A stretch of DNA of 64,000 nucleotides from Octopus bimaculoides (GCF_001194135.2 NC_068996.1:34931035-34995034), one strand, 5' to 3'. Positions 51,905 to 64,000 are shown, counted from the first letter of the stretch. The notes: generated by a model not told the origin, from the letters alone. Translations and numbers: made by a program.

Positions 51905-52322
51905 AATTAGTCACTTATTAATTAGTCATTTTCTACTATTCTTAATAAAAAGAGATTCTGTGTAGAATTTTGAAAGACTTAGCTTTAATATCTTTCAAAA
52001 TTTCCTATTAAAAATTCAAAACAGTTTCCTACTGTTAATATTTTTTTGTTTACAGAATTGTAAATTTTTGAATGCAAAGCTTATTTTCTTTGACGTTTTT
52101 GTTTTTTCTTTTTTACCTATTTTGAATAATGATTAATGAAAAATACAAATGCCTTCCTTTATAAAGATACTGTGAACCAATATCAAAAAAGTTATCTAAA
52201 TTATTTGAAATACGTTTAAAACAAATTTATGGAAAAAATTTGAAACAACTAATCTATGCATAAACTTTTCTGCCTATAAGTTAACAAAAATGTTCAACAA
52301 TGGGGAGAAAAAAAAAATGAGA

Positions 52323-52923
52323 TCAAGTAGATGAAGACTCTTCTTTAGTTGGACACGTGTTTATATCTGAATTTTCAGATGATATAGGTTTTGTTGATTC
52401 AGCAGGTGATGGCAAGTTTGCGTGTGTGGTGGTGGTGGTAGTGGTGGTGGAAGTGGCGGTGGTAGTAGTGGTGTCTGTGTTGGTTGATTGTGTAGAAGTA
52501 AATAGGTCTGTTTGATCGTCACTTGTTGTCCACGACTGAGACATACGAACTGAGTTGGATTTATATTTTGGACTATTTTGAGGAGAGATCTTATCGGTCA
52601 CCAAGAACGTATCCACTCTCCGCCTTGTTTTAAGTTCATTTGATCCGTCACAAGAAACGGACATAGATAACTGATCACCAGAGGCATCATCATAATCCCA
52701 ATGTTTTGGTGATCGACTGAATCTCTGAGTAGGATCAGGAGACCCAGATTCACTACCAGAAGGTGAACAGCTGTACATCTTTAAGATATTTTCCTGTGAC
52801 CCAGAAAGGTCACTTTGACTCATATGCCATTTCAGTTTGTCAAATTCCATCGACATGCGTTTGTTAGCCCGATTCTCTTTATTAAACTTCCTCATTAAAC
52901 TTTGGCATTTCTCATTCAATTGC
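52323..52923 (-). CDS. MTUS1/2-like: MTUS1/2-like terminal coding exon (K-QLNEKCQSLMRKFNKENRANKRMSMEFDKLKWHMS, then a Ser/Thr-rich tail, TGA)
   Basis: Poly-T + CAG acceptor at 52924-52926, phase 2; ENRANKRMSMEFDKLKWHM resembles the conserved MTUS1 C-terminal ESKVNKRLSMENEELLWKL; stop at 52323-52325. Confidence 0.9.
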
Positions 52924-54101
52924 CTGAAAAAAAAAAAAAAAGAAAAAAAGAAATAACAAAAAATATTAAAAGTGAAAAAGAAAAAGTTTGATAACAGTAT
53001 AAATGTTCTTATAAAAATGAACTACACAAATAAGGTACCACTATTAGATATATTACCCCATGATTTACACATGTTATACACAAGGCTTATATAAATGTAC
53101 ACAATATGGAGCCAATAACACTGTTAGATGTATATTATATATGTATTATATAGAGCAATGTGTTTTATGTTAGAGTGCTGTGAAAACAAATTGCTCTGTT
53201 TAATAACATCAAGGCAGTTTTCAACATTTAAAACTTATTCAACACAATTGTGGAAAATAAAGAAGAATTATATGGAGGCATTAAAAAAATATTTTTGGGT
53301 GAGTGGTAGTATTTGAACCACTGATATACACACACACACACGTATGTATACTATATGTAAATAATTTTGGGATGAGTAGTAGTATTTGAACCAGCAATAT
53401 AATATGTACACACACAAATATATATATAAACACATACCCCTATGCCCATCTCGTTATACAGATATTCTCCTTTATATGCACTCAACTTCCAACCTTTATC
53501 TCTCTTCTCAACTCCTCCTCATAAAACAGCATTCCCACCAGTGTTCAACATTCTCTGATGAAGGACTCAATGTCCAAAATGTGAAAGACCCTTTTCTTGT
53601 CCCTCTTGTGTTTTCCCCCTTGTTTTTATTCATTCATCACACATAGTGTATCTAGTTTTATGGTCTTCTGTGTGATATTTCTAATTCTGTGTATGAAGAA
53701 TGATATAGTGTGTGTTTTGGGGCAGGATGATTTGGTATATAGAGACCAATTGTCTTCACACATACATTACAGCTAAGTATTAGTTTCAGAATACGCTTTC
53801 TGAAGATAATCAATAGATAAACTGATTGAATTTTAGCAGATATGTTGAGCATCAAATGTTGTATAGTTGTGCACTAAAGAAATTCACTTTACAACTGCAT
53901 AATTTCAGATTTATGATATTTTGGGAAAATGTCTCCTTCTATAGCCTTAGTTTAATCAATATTTTATAAGAAATTTGGTAGGCAGAAACTGATTTCCTAA
54001 CAATATGATGAGGAATAAAAGAAAAACTGGTTGTTGGTGGTGTCTGAGCAAAGTGTGGAGTTGGGAAAGAAACAGACCAATTTATGCATTAATAAACTTA
54101 C

Positions 54102-54199
54102 TTTTCATGGTCAGTTTTAATTTGTAATATGGCTTCCAAATTCTCAATTTTCTGTTGCAGTAATGTTATCTTTTCTAGAGCTGGTTGTATTTCTGCTGC
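54102..54199 (-). CDS. MTUS1/2-like: MTUS1/2-like internal exon E (AAEIQPALEKITLLQQKIENLEAILQIKTDHE)
   Basis: TTTGTTTTATAG acceptor, GTAAGT donor, 98 nt, phase 0 to 2; resembles LEEKIQVLQQQNEDLKARI; splices in phase to 52923. Confidence 0.88.
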
Positions 54200-55439
54200 C
54201 TATAAAACAAAGAACATAGCATTAAAAAAAAAAAAAACACCTTAGAGGTTACAATGTTCAATAACAAGGTAATTCTTAGAAATTAAACATGTTTACTATA
54301 ATTTTAAATGATTTTAGAAAAACATACAGAGTCCTAATATACCAAGCCATTATTCTAAACATCCTGGACTGAAACCAGGGAAGAGCCACTCAACTCATAA
54401 GAATTCAATCACTAACCGACACAATCCAGCCCCTGCTCTTCAGGGCTCATTATCTCACACTGTCTCCAATCATGTACCGCAACATATTTTGCCTCTCTAT
54501 AGTTTGTCACCTTATTGTACCCCCCCCCCCCCNNNNNNNNNNNNNNNNNNNNNNNNNNNNNNNNNNNNNNNNNNNNNNNNNNNNNNNNNNNNCCCGCCTC
54601 GACTCACTCTAATCAAACCACCCCGCATTACTTCCTGCCAAACACCATCCTACTGGAATCTGCCCCTATTTTTCCTGCAGCTGTTGACCTGCAACACTTT
54701 AAATAGAACATTATAAGCATCAAACTCCCTGGGTCTCAGAGCGCCTTCAAAAGTCATGGGTTATCCCTTTCCTTCAGCAAGCAAAATAAAAAAAAAAAGT
54801 TTCCGTCCACTTAGTTGAAAATAAGTACCAGAAGTACTCTTGTAATGGACTAGGGTCCATTCAGAAGAGAGTTTTGTACTAATAGCTGCTTACACACAAC
54901 AAGGACTGGGATAAGCTCTGCCCTAACAGACCCCCTTGACTGGAACTTATTTTTAAATATTCATGAAGAAATAATTTCTGCATTTAGTGACCTTCCTCAA
55001 GTTAAAAACTCCACTCTGAGGAGCCGTGGTTGTTTATTTTTAGTCTGGCTGGCTGTGGAAAGTAATCAAACTTTTGTACATTATGTGGTTGTCAATTTAG
55101 ATAATTGTCTAAATGTTTGGGGAATATCATTTTTACTAATCGTTTCTGGCATTTGTTTCAGTACCACAGATATGGTATTTATTTTCATATTACTTTGAGT
55201 TGAATAGTAATGTAATATTTGTCTAAGAGGTCAAAACAATTCCAGTCACTGCAATTTTAGTTCAGAATTAGTAGACATATTGGCTTTCATTGTTGCCTTT
55301 GTCAACATGTATATCCCTATCTAGTGCGTCATTTCACTGCCACATCACCTTATGTCTGAAAGGGAACTTGCACCAACCATACACACACAATTGCTCAACA
55401 ATATAATATATATATCAACATGGATGCCCTTCCTAACAC

Positions 55440-55602
55440 TCTCTGAGTGGTTGGCGTTAGGAAGGGCATCCAGCTGTAGAAACTCTGCCAAATCAGACTG
55501 GAGCCTGGTGTTGCCATCCGGTTTCACCAGTCCTCAGTCAAATCGTCCAACCCATGCTAGCATGGAAAGCGGACGTTAAACGATGATGATGATGATGATG
55601 AT
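55440..55602 (+). mobile_element. SINE-like family B with (GAT)n tail (other copies at about 5150-5280, 5390-5500, 8230-8400, 30020-30480, 30720-30945, 39657-39792, 41740-41960, 44350-44500, 55790-55930, 56085-56270, 59040-59320, 63027-63400)
   Basis: Shared core GGTTGGCGTTAGGAAGGGCATCCAGCTGTAGAAAC..CAACCCATGCTAGCATGGAAAGCGGACGTTAAACGATGATG. Confidence 0.85.
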
Positions 55603-56441
55603 GATAAACATAATACACACATGGATAGACCCAGGAAGACCTAGAACAAAATGGTGAGAAGGGATTTTTGGATGCTGGGCCTCACTACATGAAATGACAA
55701 GGGAGTGAGAGTTGTGGTGATTTGCTGTACATCAAGCTAGGTAAAATTGCTGTCATCCATACATACAAGCTTGTCCTTTATAGGTGCTGGCAAATAAAAA
55801 ACACCCAGCACACAATGTAAAGTGGTTGGCATTAGGAAGAGCATCTAGCAGTAGAAGCCATGGCACAACAGAATCTACCGGCCCCTATCAAACTGCCCAA
55901 CCCATGCCAGCATGGAAAATGGATGACACAGAGAAAGAAAGATATATATATACGCTTTTTATCATTAATCTTACTTGTTAAAGTCATTAAAATGTGGTTA
56001 TCCAGCAACACCATCGTGAAGAATTTTTAGTTGGTGGGAAACAATCACAGATGCACACACACACACACACATATATCATCTTCATCATTTAACGTCTGCT
56101 TTCCATGCAGATGATTGAATGGTTTGATAGGAGCTGGCCAGGCAGAAGACTACCCCAGGATACTGTGTATGTTTTGTCAGGGTTTTTACAGCTGGATGCC
56201 CTTCCTAACACCATTTTGCAGAGTGGGCTGAGTGCTTTTTACATGGCACCAGCAGGGTCACCAAGTAACTTGCAAGACAAGGAATTTTGAGAGGAGAAGG
56301 GGTACTGGAGGAGGGGAACTCATGTCAAAGGATGAAAAGTTAGAGTGAGACAGAGAGGCAGAAATGGGTGTCTTGCTATAGAGGAGGNNNNNNNNNNNNN
56401 NNNNNNNNNNNNNNNNNNNNNNNNNNNATATATATATATAT

Positions 56442-56486
<45 letters not shown>

Positions 56487-56853
56487 GAAAAGAGAGTGAG
56501 ACAAAATATATAGATATGCACAAGCACATATATATACATACATTTACATACACACACACACACATATATATCAATTAGTTGACATCAACATAATACATGT
56601 ACTAGTTGATTAACAATATCATAATGTATATATATAGTAATAAAAATTATTACAGACAGATATTTCAGTAAAACATCTCTGAAATGTTGACTACATTGAA
56701 AAAGGAATTGAAACACTGAGGCAGTTTTCTCATTAAGGATACAGTCACAAAAGATTTTAATGTATATATTTTATAGTCTTTATTGTTATTGCTTTTTAAA
56801 TTGCAAACTCTCATGATAAGTTAATGAATTTGTAAACACTAACAGACACCTAC

Positions 56854-56973
56854 CTGAGTTCTCAAGTTACCATTTTCTTTATTAAGATTCTGAATCTCTG
56901 TGTTTTTCATATCAATAACAGCTTTTAAGCTATCAATTTCTTGGGGTAAGTGATTGTATACTTCAAGAGCATT
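56854..56973 (-). CDS. MTUS1/2-like: MTUS1/2-like internal exon D (NALEVYNHLPQEIDSLKAVIDMKNTEIQNLNKENGNLRTQ)
   Basis: GAAACAG acceptor, GTAGGT donor, 120 nt, phase 0 to 0; matches the family motif AL..Y.HL..(D/E)..SLK.V.(E/D)MKN..I. Confidence 0.9.
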
Positions 56974-57519
56974 CTGTTTCAATAAGAAATATAAAAGAAG
57001 TGAAATTTAGTTGGTGCACGAGACAGTGTACACATTAAGAGTGTACTATATAAATAAACAAATATATGAATGTGGCTGGGTTGAATACATTGACTTCTGT
57101 TTTTGAAAAGCTTTATGATAGTCGGTGATAGCTCATTGTTACATGAGCTATCATAATTACTTCAGCTCATAATTATAACTTGAAATGCACTAGGGGTTTA
57201 CATCAAGCTAATTAACAGCATTGAGTTAGCAGAACTGTTACCAAGCTGGACAAAATGCTTAGTAAACTTCCTTCTGGTTCCTTACAGTTTTGAGACCAAA
57301 TATCACTGAGCTTGACCCTCATCCTTTTGGAGGGTCAATAAAAATTAAGTACCAGTTCAGCACTGAGGTCGATGTAATCGATTTGCCCCTCCCCATCAAA
57401 ACTTTTGGTACAGCACCAAAATTAGAAAGTAATTAACATTTTTCAAAGTTACAAAGGGCATCTTAAATGAGGTTTTTCACAAATGAAGGGAATAAGATGC
57501 TTTGTAGAAAATAAATTGA

Positions 57520-58020
57520 AATAAAGTTTTATTTTTTGTTTGGTGACCATTAAGCCCTCATCAATTTCTTCAAATATCATTTGAAGAGAAAGGTGAAGGT
57601 AGAGAGGGAGGTGCTGCCTTCTAATGTGTTTATCAAAAGGTGATCGACAGTGGCAAGACTGGTGAGACTGAATGGACCGACTGAGTAGGCTTTTCTAAGC
57701 AAGAGGAAAGAAACTGGAAGAGGGCACTTTCCAATGCCTTGTGGATGGCAGAGTAATCTGGGATTTTTGTGTGGGGTTTACCCAGGATTACCCTAAGTGG
57801 ATTTCCCTGCTATTAAGGATTCTATTTATTTATTTCTCTAATTTCTATTATATATCCTCTGTTATATTCCTTAATGTGGTAGTATCTCCCTTTGAATGAT
57901 GTAAACCCCACCTGTTTTTGTTTGTTTTTGTATTTGTTTTATTTTTGTGTGCTGTAACTCGTCCTTTGATATTGCCCTCCATGTCTTGGGCCCTTGTGGC
58001 CAATAAAAGAAATCATTATT
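57520..58020 (+). mobile_element. Possible Tx1/L1-type LINE 3' end with 3' UTR
   Basis: KVKVEREVLPSNVFIKR*STVARLV resembles Tx1-like ORF2 C-termini; ends with AATAAA near 58000. Confidence 0.4.
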
Positions 58021-58223
58021 TTTACTTTGTATCATGAAACAGTTTCCTTTAAATTAAAAAGAAAATTTTTGTTTTAGAAAACACATGAATGTTACAATTC
58101 TCAGTTGTCCTCCACTTAAAACATCTAGGTTGCATGCCTTATTTAGAAATGACTTATAAAAACCACTCAAGTGCTGAAGAATATATTATGGTTGGAAATG
58201 TATTATTTGTTCTGTTTCTTTAA

Positions 58224-58441
58224 CCATTTAGCATTTAAAATAGCCATATCCTGCCGAAATATTATACTTGTTTTATGTTCAATTTGGCCAGATCCAGCCT
58301 CCCATGCTGAACCTATGTTATTCTTAAAAATAAACTATTACATCATCGAAATTTTGAAGCTACAAGATAATGCATGATTAATTCAAAATAATGTGAATAA
58401 ATAAGTATCACATTTGACAGAATAATCTGAATGCTAAAGGG
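58224..58441. mobile_element. piggyBac-type MITE (family 2)
   Basis: TTAA|CCATTTAGCATT...AATGCTAAAGGG|TTAA; related copy at about 6860-7047. Confidence 0.78.
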
Positions 58442-58557
58442 TTAAAGAAATTTACATTGAAATTTACTGAAGGATGAGTATATTATGTTTAAATGAAATG
58501 ATTAATATATAAATATTGAATTTCAAACCAGTAATGAGAATATAAGGTGATGCATAC

Positions 58558-58656
58558 ATGAATCCTTACATCAACTTCTTTTTCTAGATTTTCTTCACAT
58601 ACGGCTGCTCGCTTTCTTAATTTATCACATTCTTCACATAAGGATTCAACTTTATT
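58558..58656 (-). CDS. MTUS1/2-like: MTUS1/2-like internal exon C (NKVESLCEECDKLRKRAAVCEENLEKEVDVRIH)
   Basis: TTTATACAG acceptor; donor GTATGC after 58558 (alternative in-frame donor GTAAGG after 58570); phase 0 to 0; resembles MTUS2 [26 protein letters not shown]. Confidence 0.85.
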
Positions 58657-60536
58657 CTGTATAAATTGAAAGATGAAATTACAATTTCACATTAAAGTAA
58701 TAGTAAAAATAATAATACAAATTGAATAAAACATTTTTAAGAGTACTGACAAAGCAGGACTAATTAATGACCACCTCCAACTTTCAGTTACACACATTTC
58801 CTAGGACTACAGTATCCAGTCAGACCCTTTTTAAGACAATAGGATGCGATTTGAAGGAGATTTGACTGCTATTTTTAGCTGGTTCAGTGACCACATAAAG
58901 CCTCTTCTGCTGGCTCCTGTTGATACCATAGTTTCTTTCACCTTATGTCAAACCTGATGAAACAGACTTAAGATTAAAGACATCAAAGCCACGACCAACC
59001 CATTTTCTTTATTCAGTCATGTTTTGTCTTGCAAGTACTTAGTGACCCTGTAAGTGCCACTTAAAAGTACCCAGTCCACATTGTAAAATGGTTGGCATTT
59101 GGAAGGGCATCCAGCTGTAAAATCCTTACCAAACCTGACCTTGCCTGTGCTTGTGCCACATAAAAAGCACTAAGTCCACGATGATGTGTGGATGGTGCTA
59201 GGAAGGGCAACCAGCTGTAAAAACGCTGCCAAAACAGTTGCAGAAGTCTGGTGCAGGCTTCTGCCTGGCTGGCTCCTGTCAAACTGTCCCATCCATGCCA
59301 GCATGGAAGATGGATGTTAAGCAATGAGTCACAGTCAATCTAGGATTGTTTTACCCAATGTATACCTCAGTGTTTTAAAACAGTGAGGTGAGATTTCCTT
59401 GCTATTTCTAATAGAGTGACTGACCTAGTAGAGTTTCTTTCATTAGCTTGCAAATTCTTAAAATTTGAACTTTATGTAAAGACAGTCAACATTTCAATAA
59501 TTATGCTCCTACTACTTTCTCTCCTTGGAGATAACATGTCCCAACATCATCATCATCTAACCATTTTTTTTGTATCTTCTATAGTTACTGTAGTTTTAGA
59601 ATTTGCTGACAACACAACAAAGATAAACATGCACGAAACGGTAAATCATTAATATTCAAATTACTTTGGTGATCTATCTGCATGTTGTTTTACTAGAATT
59701 TAAGATATTACCATTAATCAGGAAAAAAAAAAAGGTGTAACACTTATGATTATTTGAAACAATATATTTTTTTTCATACTCAGAATTGTCAGTCTGGAAT
59801 ATATCCTCATCAGTTGCTAGATGTTAGGAAACAGCATGCTTAAAAAATTCCATGTTTTTCAAAATTCATCAACACTACTCCTGCCCTACCTATGCACCCT
59901 TTCCTTTTTATGACTTTTACTGTTTACTTTTCTTTTTTGCGTGTCATTCTGTGTTTTGTGCATGTTCTTTTGGCTGTTATTGCTGTCTTTCTTTATTTGA
60001 CTTACTGCTGCTTTCTGTCCCCTCTTTTACCTTGTCGTATGAAATTTTTTCCCTTCATAGTTTTAGCCTTGCCTCATGTATAAGTTATACTCCAGTTTTT
60101 TTCAGTTAAAATCAAGTATGAAATAGTGCAACACAAGTAAATATAGTATATTCAACACTTAATAATAATAACAACAACACTGCTTATTGTATACAGCGAG
60201 TTCCCATACCACAATTTAGCATTAAATCAGGGATATGACTTTGGTACAATTTGGAATTATATGATGAAAGTTATGTGCTCCTACTAAACAAAGAAAACAA
60301 AATGTTTTACATTTATAATTAATTGTCATCATAACTTCTTATGTTTTTCTTCAATGCTTTTCCTGTGAACCTAATTTCCAGTGCAAGAGCAACATGAGAA
60401 GCAAGGGAAGTAAATCCGCACACATATCCATCAACAACAGAAATTCATTTAACACTACCCTCAAAATTAGCAAAACATAATTAGTTCAACACAAATTACA
60501 TACCAGTATTTACATATGATAGAAATTTTTATTTAC

Positions 60537-60610
60537 CGATAATGACATTTTAATGGTTTCAAAAGTATTGGTAATCTCTGCAAGTTTGTCTCTATGTTGT
60601 TGGTGTAGTC
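60537..60610 (-). CDS. MTUS1/2-like: MTUS1/2-like internal exon B (R-LHQQHRDKLAEITNTFETIKMSLS)
   Basis: CTTTTCTTCCCTCAG acceptor, GTAAAT donor, 74 nt, phase 1 to 0; resembles the MTUS segment NFEKLRLSL (alignment from memory). Confidence 0.85.
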
Positions 60611-60659
60611 CTGAGGGAAGAAAAGAGTAAACCATTCATATTACATGCATACATTCATA

Positions 60660-60830
60660 TATGTTAAAGTGTACAGTATTATATATCCATTATAGCCCAA
60701 TCTTACCAATCAGTTCTGCACTAGGGATTCAATGCAGTGTTAGATAACAGCCCAATTATGTAACCTTGTGCTCTTCAGAGATGGCAGTTATGGAATGAAA
60801 TATGGTGACTGCTCTCTATCGTTGGAGGTG
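60660..60830 (-). mobile_element. Isolated 3' terminal fragment of the same PLE family, inside an MTUS-like intron
   Basis: Clear similarity to 23645-23820 (GTACAGTATTATATATCCAT..CTTACCAATCAGTT..CTCTCTAT.GTTGGAG). Confidence 0.75.
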
Positions 60831-61673
60831 AAAAGAAACACACACACACACATACATATATAGTGAGGGTACCATGATCTAGAAGAGTGTTTGACTCATG
60901 ACCATGAGGTTGAAGGTTCAAATCCCAAAATGAGTAGATGCCTTTGAAACAAGCACTTCATTTTATGTTCCAATCTAGTCAACTGTAAATGAATACCAAC
61001 CAAGTTCTAGTATTTATTTTTGATGGAGTAGAACCTTCTCTCTCTCTCTCTCTTTCACCCTCCAGGAGTGGGAGAATTGAAAAGGTGTCTATGTATGCTC
61101 ACAACTATATAGAAGCTGAAATGATCAATGAAACCAAATCACATTCACAATGTTTTTATACAACACACATATCATACCAGAACCTACAAAGGTATTTCAT
61201 AAAAGAGTACAAATTTATTCTTTAATATATGGAAGCATTTTCTGAGAGACCAGAAAATTCCTTGGCTTGAATACGATGCTAAACCCAGCACTCCATCTCA
61301 TAAGTTTTACATGTAAGCATATATGAAACACACACACACATGCATAGACACGTTTGGGTGCACAAAGAAAGAAAAATATTTTCACTTCATGTAATTAAGA
61401 TAATTTGTTTGTTTGCAAAAGAAAGGTGAAGTTGGCATGAGCTGGATTTGAACCCAGAAAGCGAAGGGACATAACTAACTACCAAAAAGATAAATTGTCT
61501 AATGTTCTACTGAGTCTGTTATCCATCTATATACACTATGCATACTTCCTATTAGGAAATACTTTCTTTTAAATTCTAATTGTCATAAAGACTCCCATAA
61601 ATCTTATAGCTGCATTTCATTAACACCACTACTACTGACTGAAAACATTAACATTTATCATCAAGCTACTTAC

Positions 61674-61779
61674 GTTCCATCTGATCGTCATGCTTTCTTT
61701 GGAGAGTTCTAATTTCTTCCAAGTTACGCAATCGCAGAGAACTTAATTCCTGTTGATGTTCAGAGTCAATATCTTTATT
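61674..61779 (-). CDS. MTUS1/2-like: MTUS1/MTUS2-like coiled-coil protein, internal exon A (NKDIDSEHQQELSSLRLRNLEEIRTLQRKHDDQME)
   Basis: TTTCTTTCAG acceptor, GTAAGT donor, 106 nt, phase 0 to 1, open coiled-coil frame; splices in phase to 60610. Confidence 0.85.
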
Positions 61780-64000
61780 CTGAAAGAAATCAGACCAAAT
61801 TCAATATCAGGTTGACAAAAAATTCTTGAATAACTATTTCTTTTAAACACAAAGTAACTAGAGCTTGTTAAACACTACTACCACCATCATCATTGTTGTT
61901 TAAACATCTGCTTTTCCATGTTTGCACAGATGAAATGAAATTTACTGAAGCAGATTTCCTATGGCCAGAGACTTTTCATGTCATCAACCTTCACTTGTTT
62001 TTTAAGTAAGGTAATTTTTGTCCTGGATGTTTGAACATGAACAGTAAACACACACACACACACACACATGTATGTATAACCGCTTGCACACAAACATTTT
62101 AAAAGAAATTAAAGTCACACTATACCTTTTCTTCTACCTGCTGTTTATATTTTTCTTTATCATTTTGCCATTTCTCTGCCTCTGTAAAATTAGATTTTAA
62201 GAGATAATTAAAAACCAAACATATAATTAGTCCTCACTACAAAATACTTAGCATTCCTGTTTTAAAAATAATTTTGTGAATATTAAAAAAAGAGAAAAAA
62301 ACCCTAAAAATGCTAACAAATAAAAGGTTTTGATATAGGACCGAACTAATGAGCCAATAATTACATAAACAATTTTTCTTTAGTGAAAAATATCTGAAAT
62401 TATCAACTATCCATCAAGGTAGTGAGCCAGAAGAATCAGCAATATGTTCAACAAGATGCTTGGTGATATTCATTCCGGCCCACTGCATTCTGAATTCAAT
62501 TCCCACCAAAGTCGACTTCATCTTTCACCGTTTTGGGATTGATAAAATAAATACCTGTCAGTTACTGGGGTTGATGTAATTGACTAGCCTCTCCCTAATT
62601 GCTGGCCTTGTTCCAAAATTTGAAACCCTTACTATCTATTTTTTGCCCACATAACTAAGCATTTCGGCAAAAGAGACCAATAGAATAAGTACTAGGCTTA
62701 CAAAGAACAAAGCCAGGGGTTGATTTCTTTGACTAACAAAAGAAAAATAAATTCCTTTAAGACGATACTCCAACATGGCCACAGTAAGTAAAAGAAGTAA
62801 GTAAGTAAAAGAATAAAAGAAAACTGAACTGTGTTCTTTCCACCCTAACTAAAATTGATGAGTTCAATTCCTCTCTGAATTGAACTTACCAATTTTATAC
62901 ATATAAACACACACATCATCACTTAAATGCATTACATGCACAAGCTGGCCAGCCTTTATATGGCTTCCTATTTGTTAGAAATAGATATCAGATGACACTC
63001 AATTGTCTTAAAAAAAGAAACCAGGACATCATCATCATCATCGTTTAACATCTGCTTTCCATGCTAGCATGGGTTGGACGATTTGACTGAGGACTGGCAA
63101 GCCAGAAGGCTGCACCAGGATCCAATCTGATCTGGAAGAGTTTCTACAGCTGGATGCCCTTCCTAATGCCAACCACTCTGAGAGTGTAGTGGGTGCTTTT
63201 ATGTGCCGCTGGCATGAAGGCCAGTCAGGTGGTACTGGCAATGCCCTCACTCAAAAGGTGTTTTTTTACGTGCCACCTGCACAGGAGCCAGTCCAGCGGC
63301 ACTGACAATGACCTCGCTTGAATGATTTTCTAACGTGCCACCAGCACAAGTGTTAGAAGGCGACGCTGGTAACTATTACACTCAAATGGTGCACATAAGA
63401 TAATATAGTCCTAGACATAGAATGTCATAATAAAAGATTGGAGAGTCACTGTTGGACCATATTTGATCTGAGATTTGCTGGCTCAGAACTGACCTAGCAT
63501 TTAACAACACTCTTTACATGCTCTGTATTTTCAGTCACCCACCAACAGTATATCTTATCTCTACCAGGTTCAGTACCAAATATCTTGTTGAAGCTACTGG
63601 AACTATCAAATTACCCATCCCTAAGTTTATTCTCATATAATATGGAAAATGTTTCTTTTTTTAAAAATGATAAAGAGAATTTGATCAGCTGTTAGCTTTA
63701 AAGAAACTGTAGGTAAGTAAAGTTACCTTCTTGAATCAGGTTGACTTATAGGGGCTGGTTTCCTCATTTCTATGATGTATAAATTCCCCACCTGGACGGT
63801 ATGCTGGTCCGTCGCAAGATTACACATTTTTGTCAGTTGAGTGAACTGGAGCAACATGAAATGAAGCGTTTTGCTCAAGAACACAACACATCATCCAGTC
63901 CAGGAATCGAAACCGCAATCTTACGATCATGAGATCAACACCCTAACCACTAATCCATGCATCTCCACTTTAAAGAAACTGTAGCTCCATCACGACTGCA

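Noticed and set aside
53658-53870. Exon-like segment (TTTAG...GTATGT) in the last MTUS intron
   Set aside because: Exons E and F already join in phase with family-like sequence; this segment has no similarity and would break the phase.
602-63250. The many MYVCMY / IYIYIY / HTHT and poly-X ORFs in the ORF track; also CRISPR arrays, rRNA and bona fide tRNA genes
   Set aside because: The ORFs are microsatellite translations or N-gap read-through. No CRISPR-like repeat-spacer array or rRNA was seen, and tRNA-like boxes occur only as SINE heads.

Overview
AT-rich, microsatellite- and repeat-dense eukaryotic DNA with many assembly gaps. The repeat content and gene set suggest a coleoid cephalopod (Octopus-like); this is an inference. 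Two protein-coding genes are supported, both on the minus strand. (1) A complete, intronless 644-aa PPEF/rdgC-family Ser/Thr phosphatase at 34464-36398, with a dual-acylation N-terminus, IQ motif, intact PPP catalytic motifs and four EF-hand-like loops; probably a retrogene. (2) The last six coding exons (about 365 aa) of an MTUS1/MTUS2-like coiled-coil gene at 52323-61779, reconstructed by hand with consistent splice phases; only the last exon is in the ORF track. The rest is mostly mobile-element debris: RTE LINEs (some ending in three C2H2 fingers), an R4/Dong element, Penelope-like elements (PLEs), Tc1, DD37D/maT, mariner, piggyBac plus TTAA MITEs, a probable solo LTR, and four SINE-like families. 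The most striking non-coding signal is a set of type I hammerhead-ribozyme motifs from several unrelated repeat families. Three sit in fold-back units bounded by TA-rich sequence (3.2-3.9 kb, 23.6-26.0 kb, 48.3-48.75 kb); the copy at 48585-48646 is nearly canonical.
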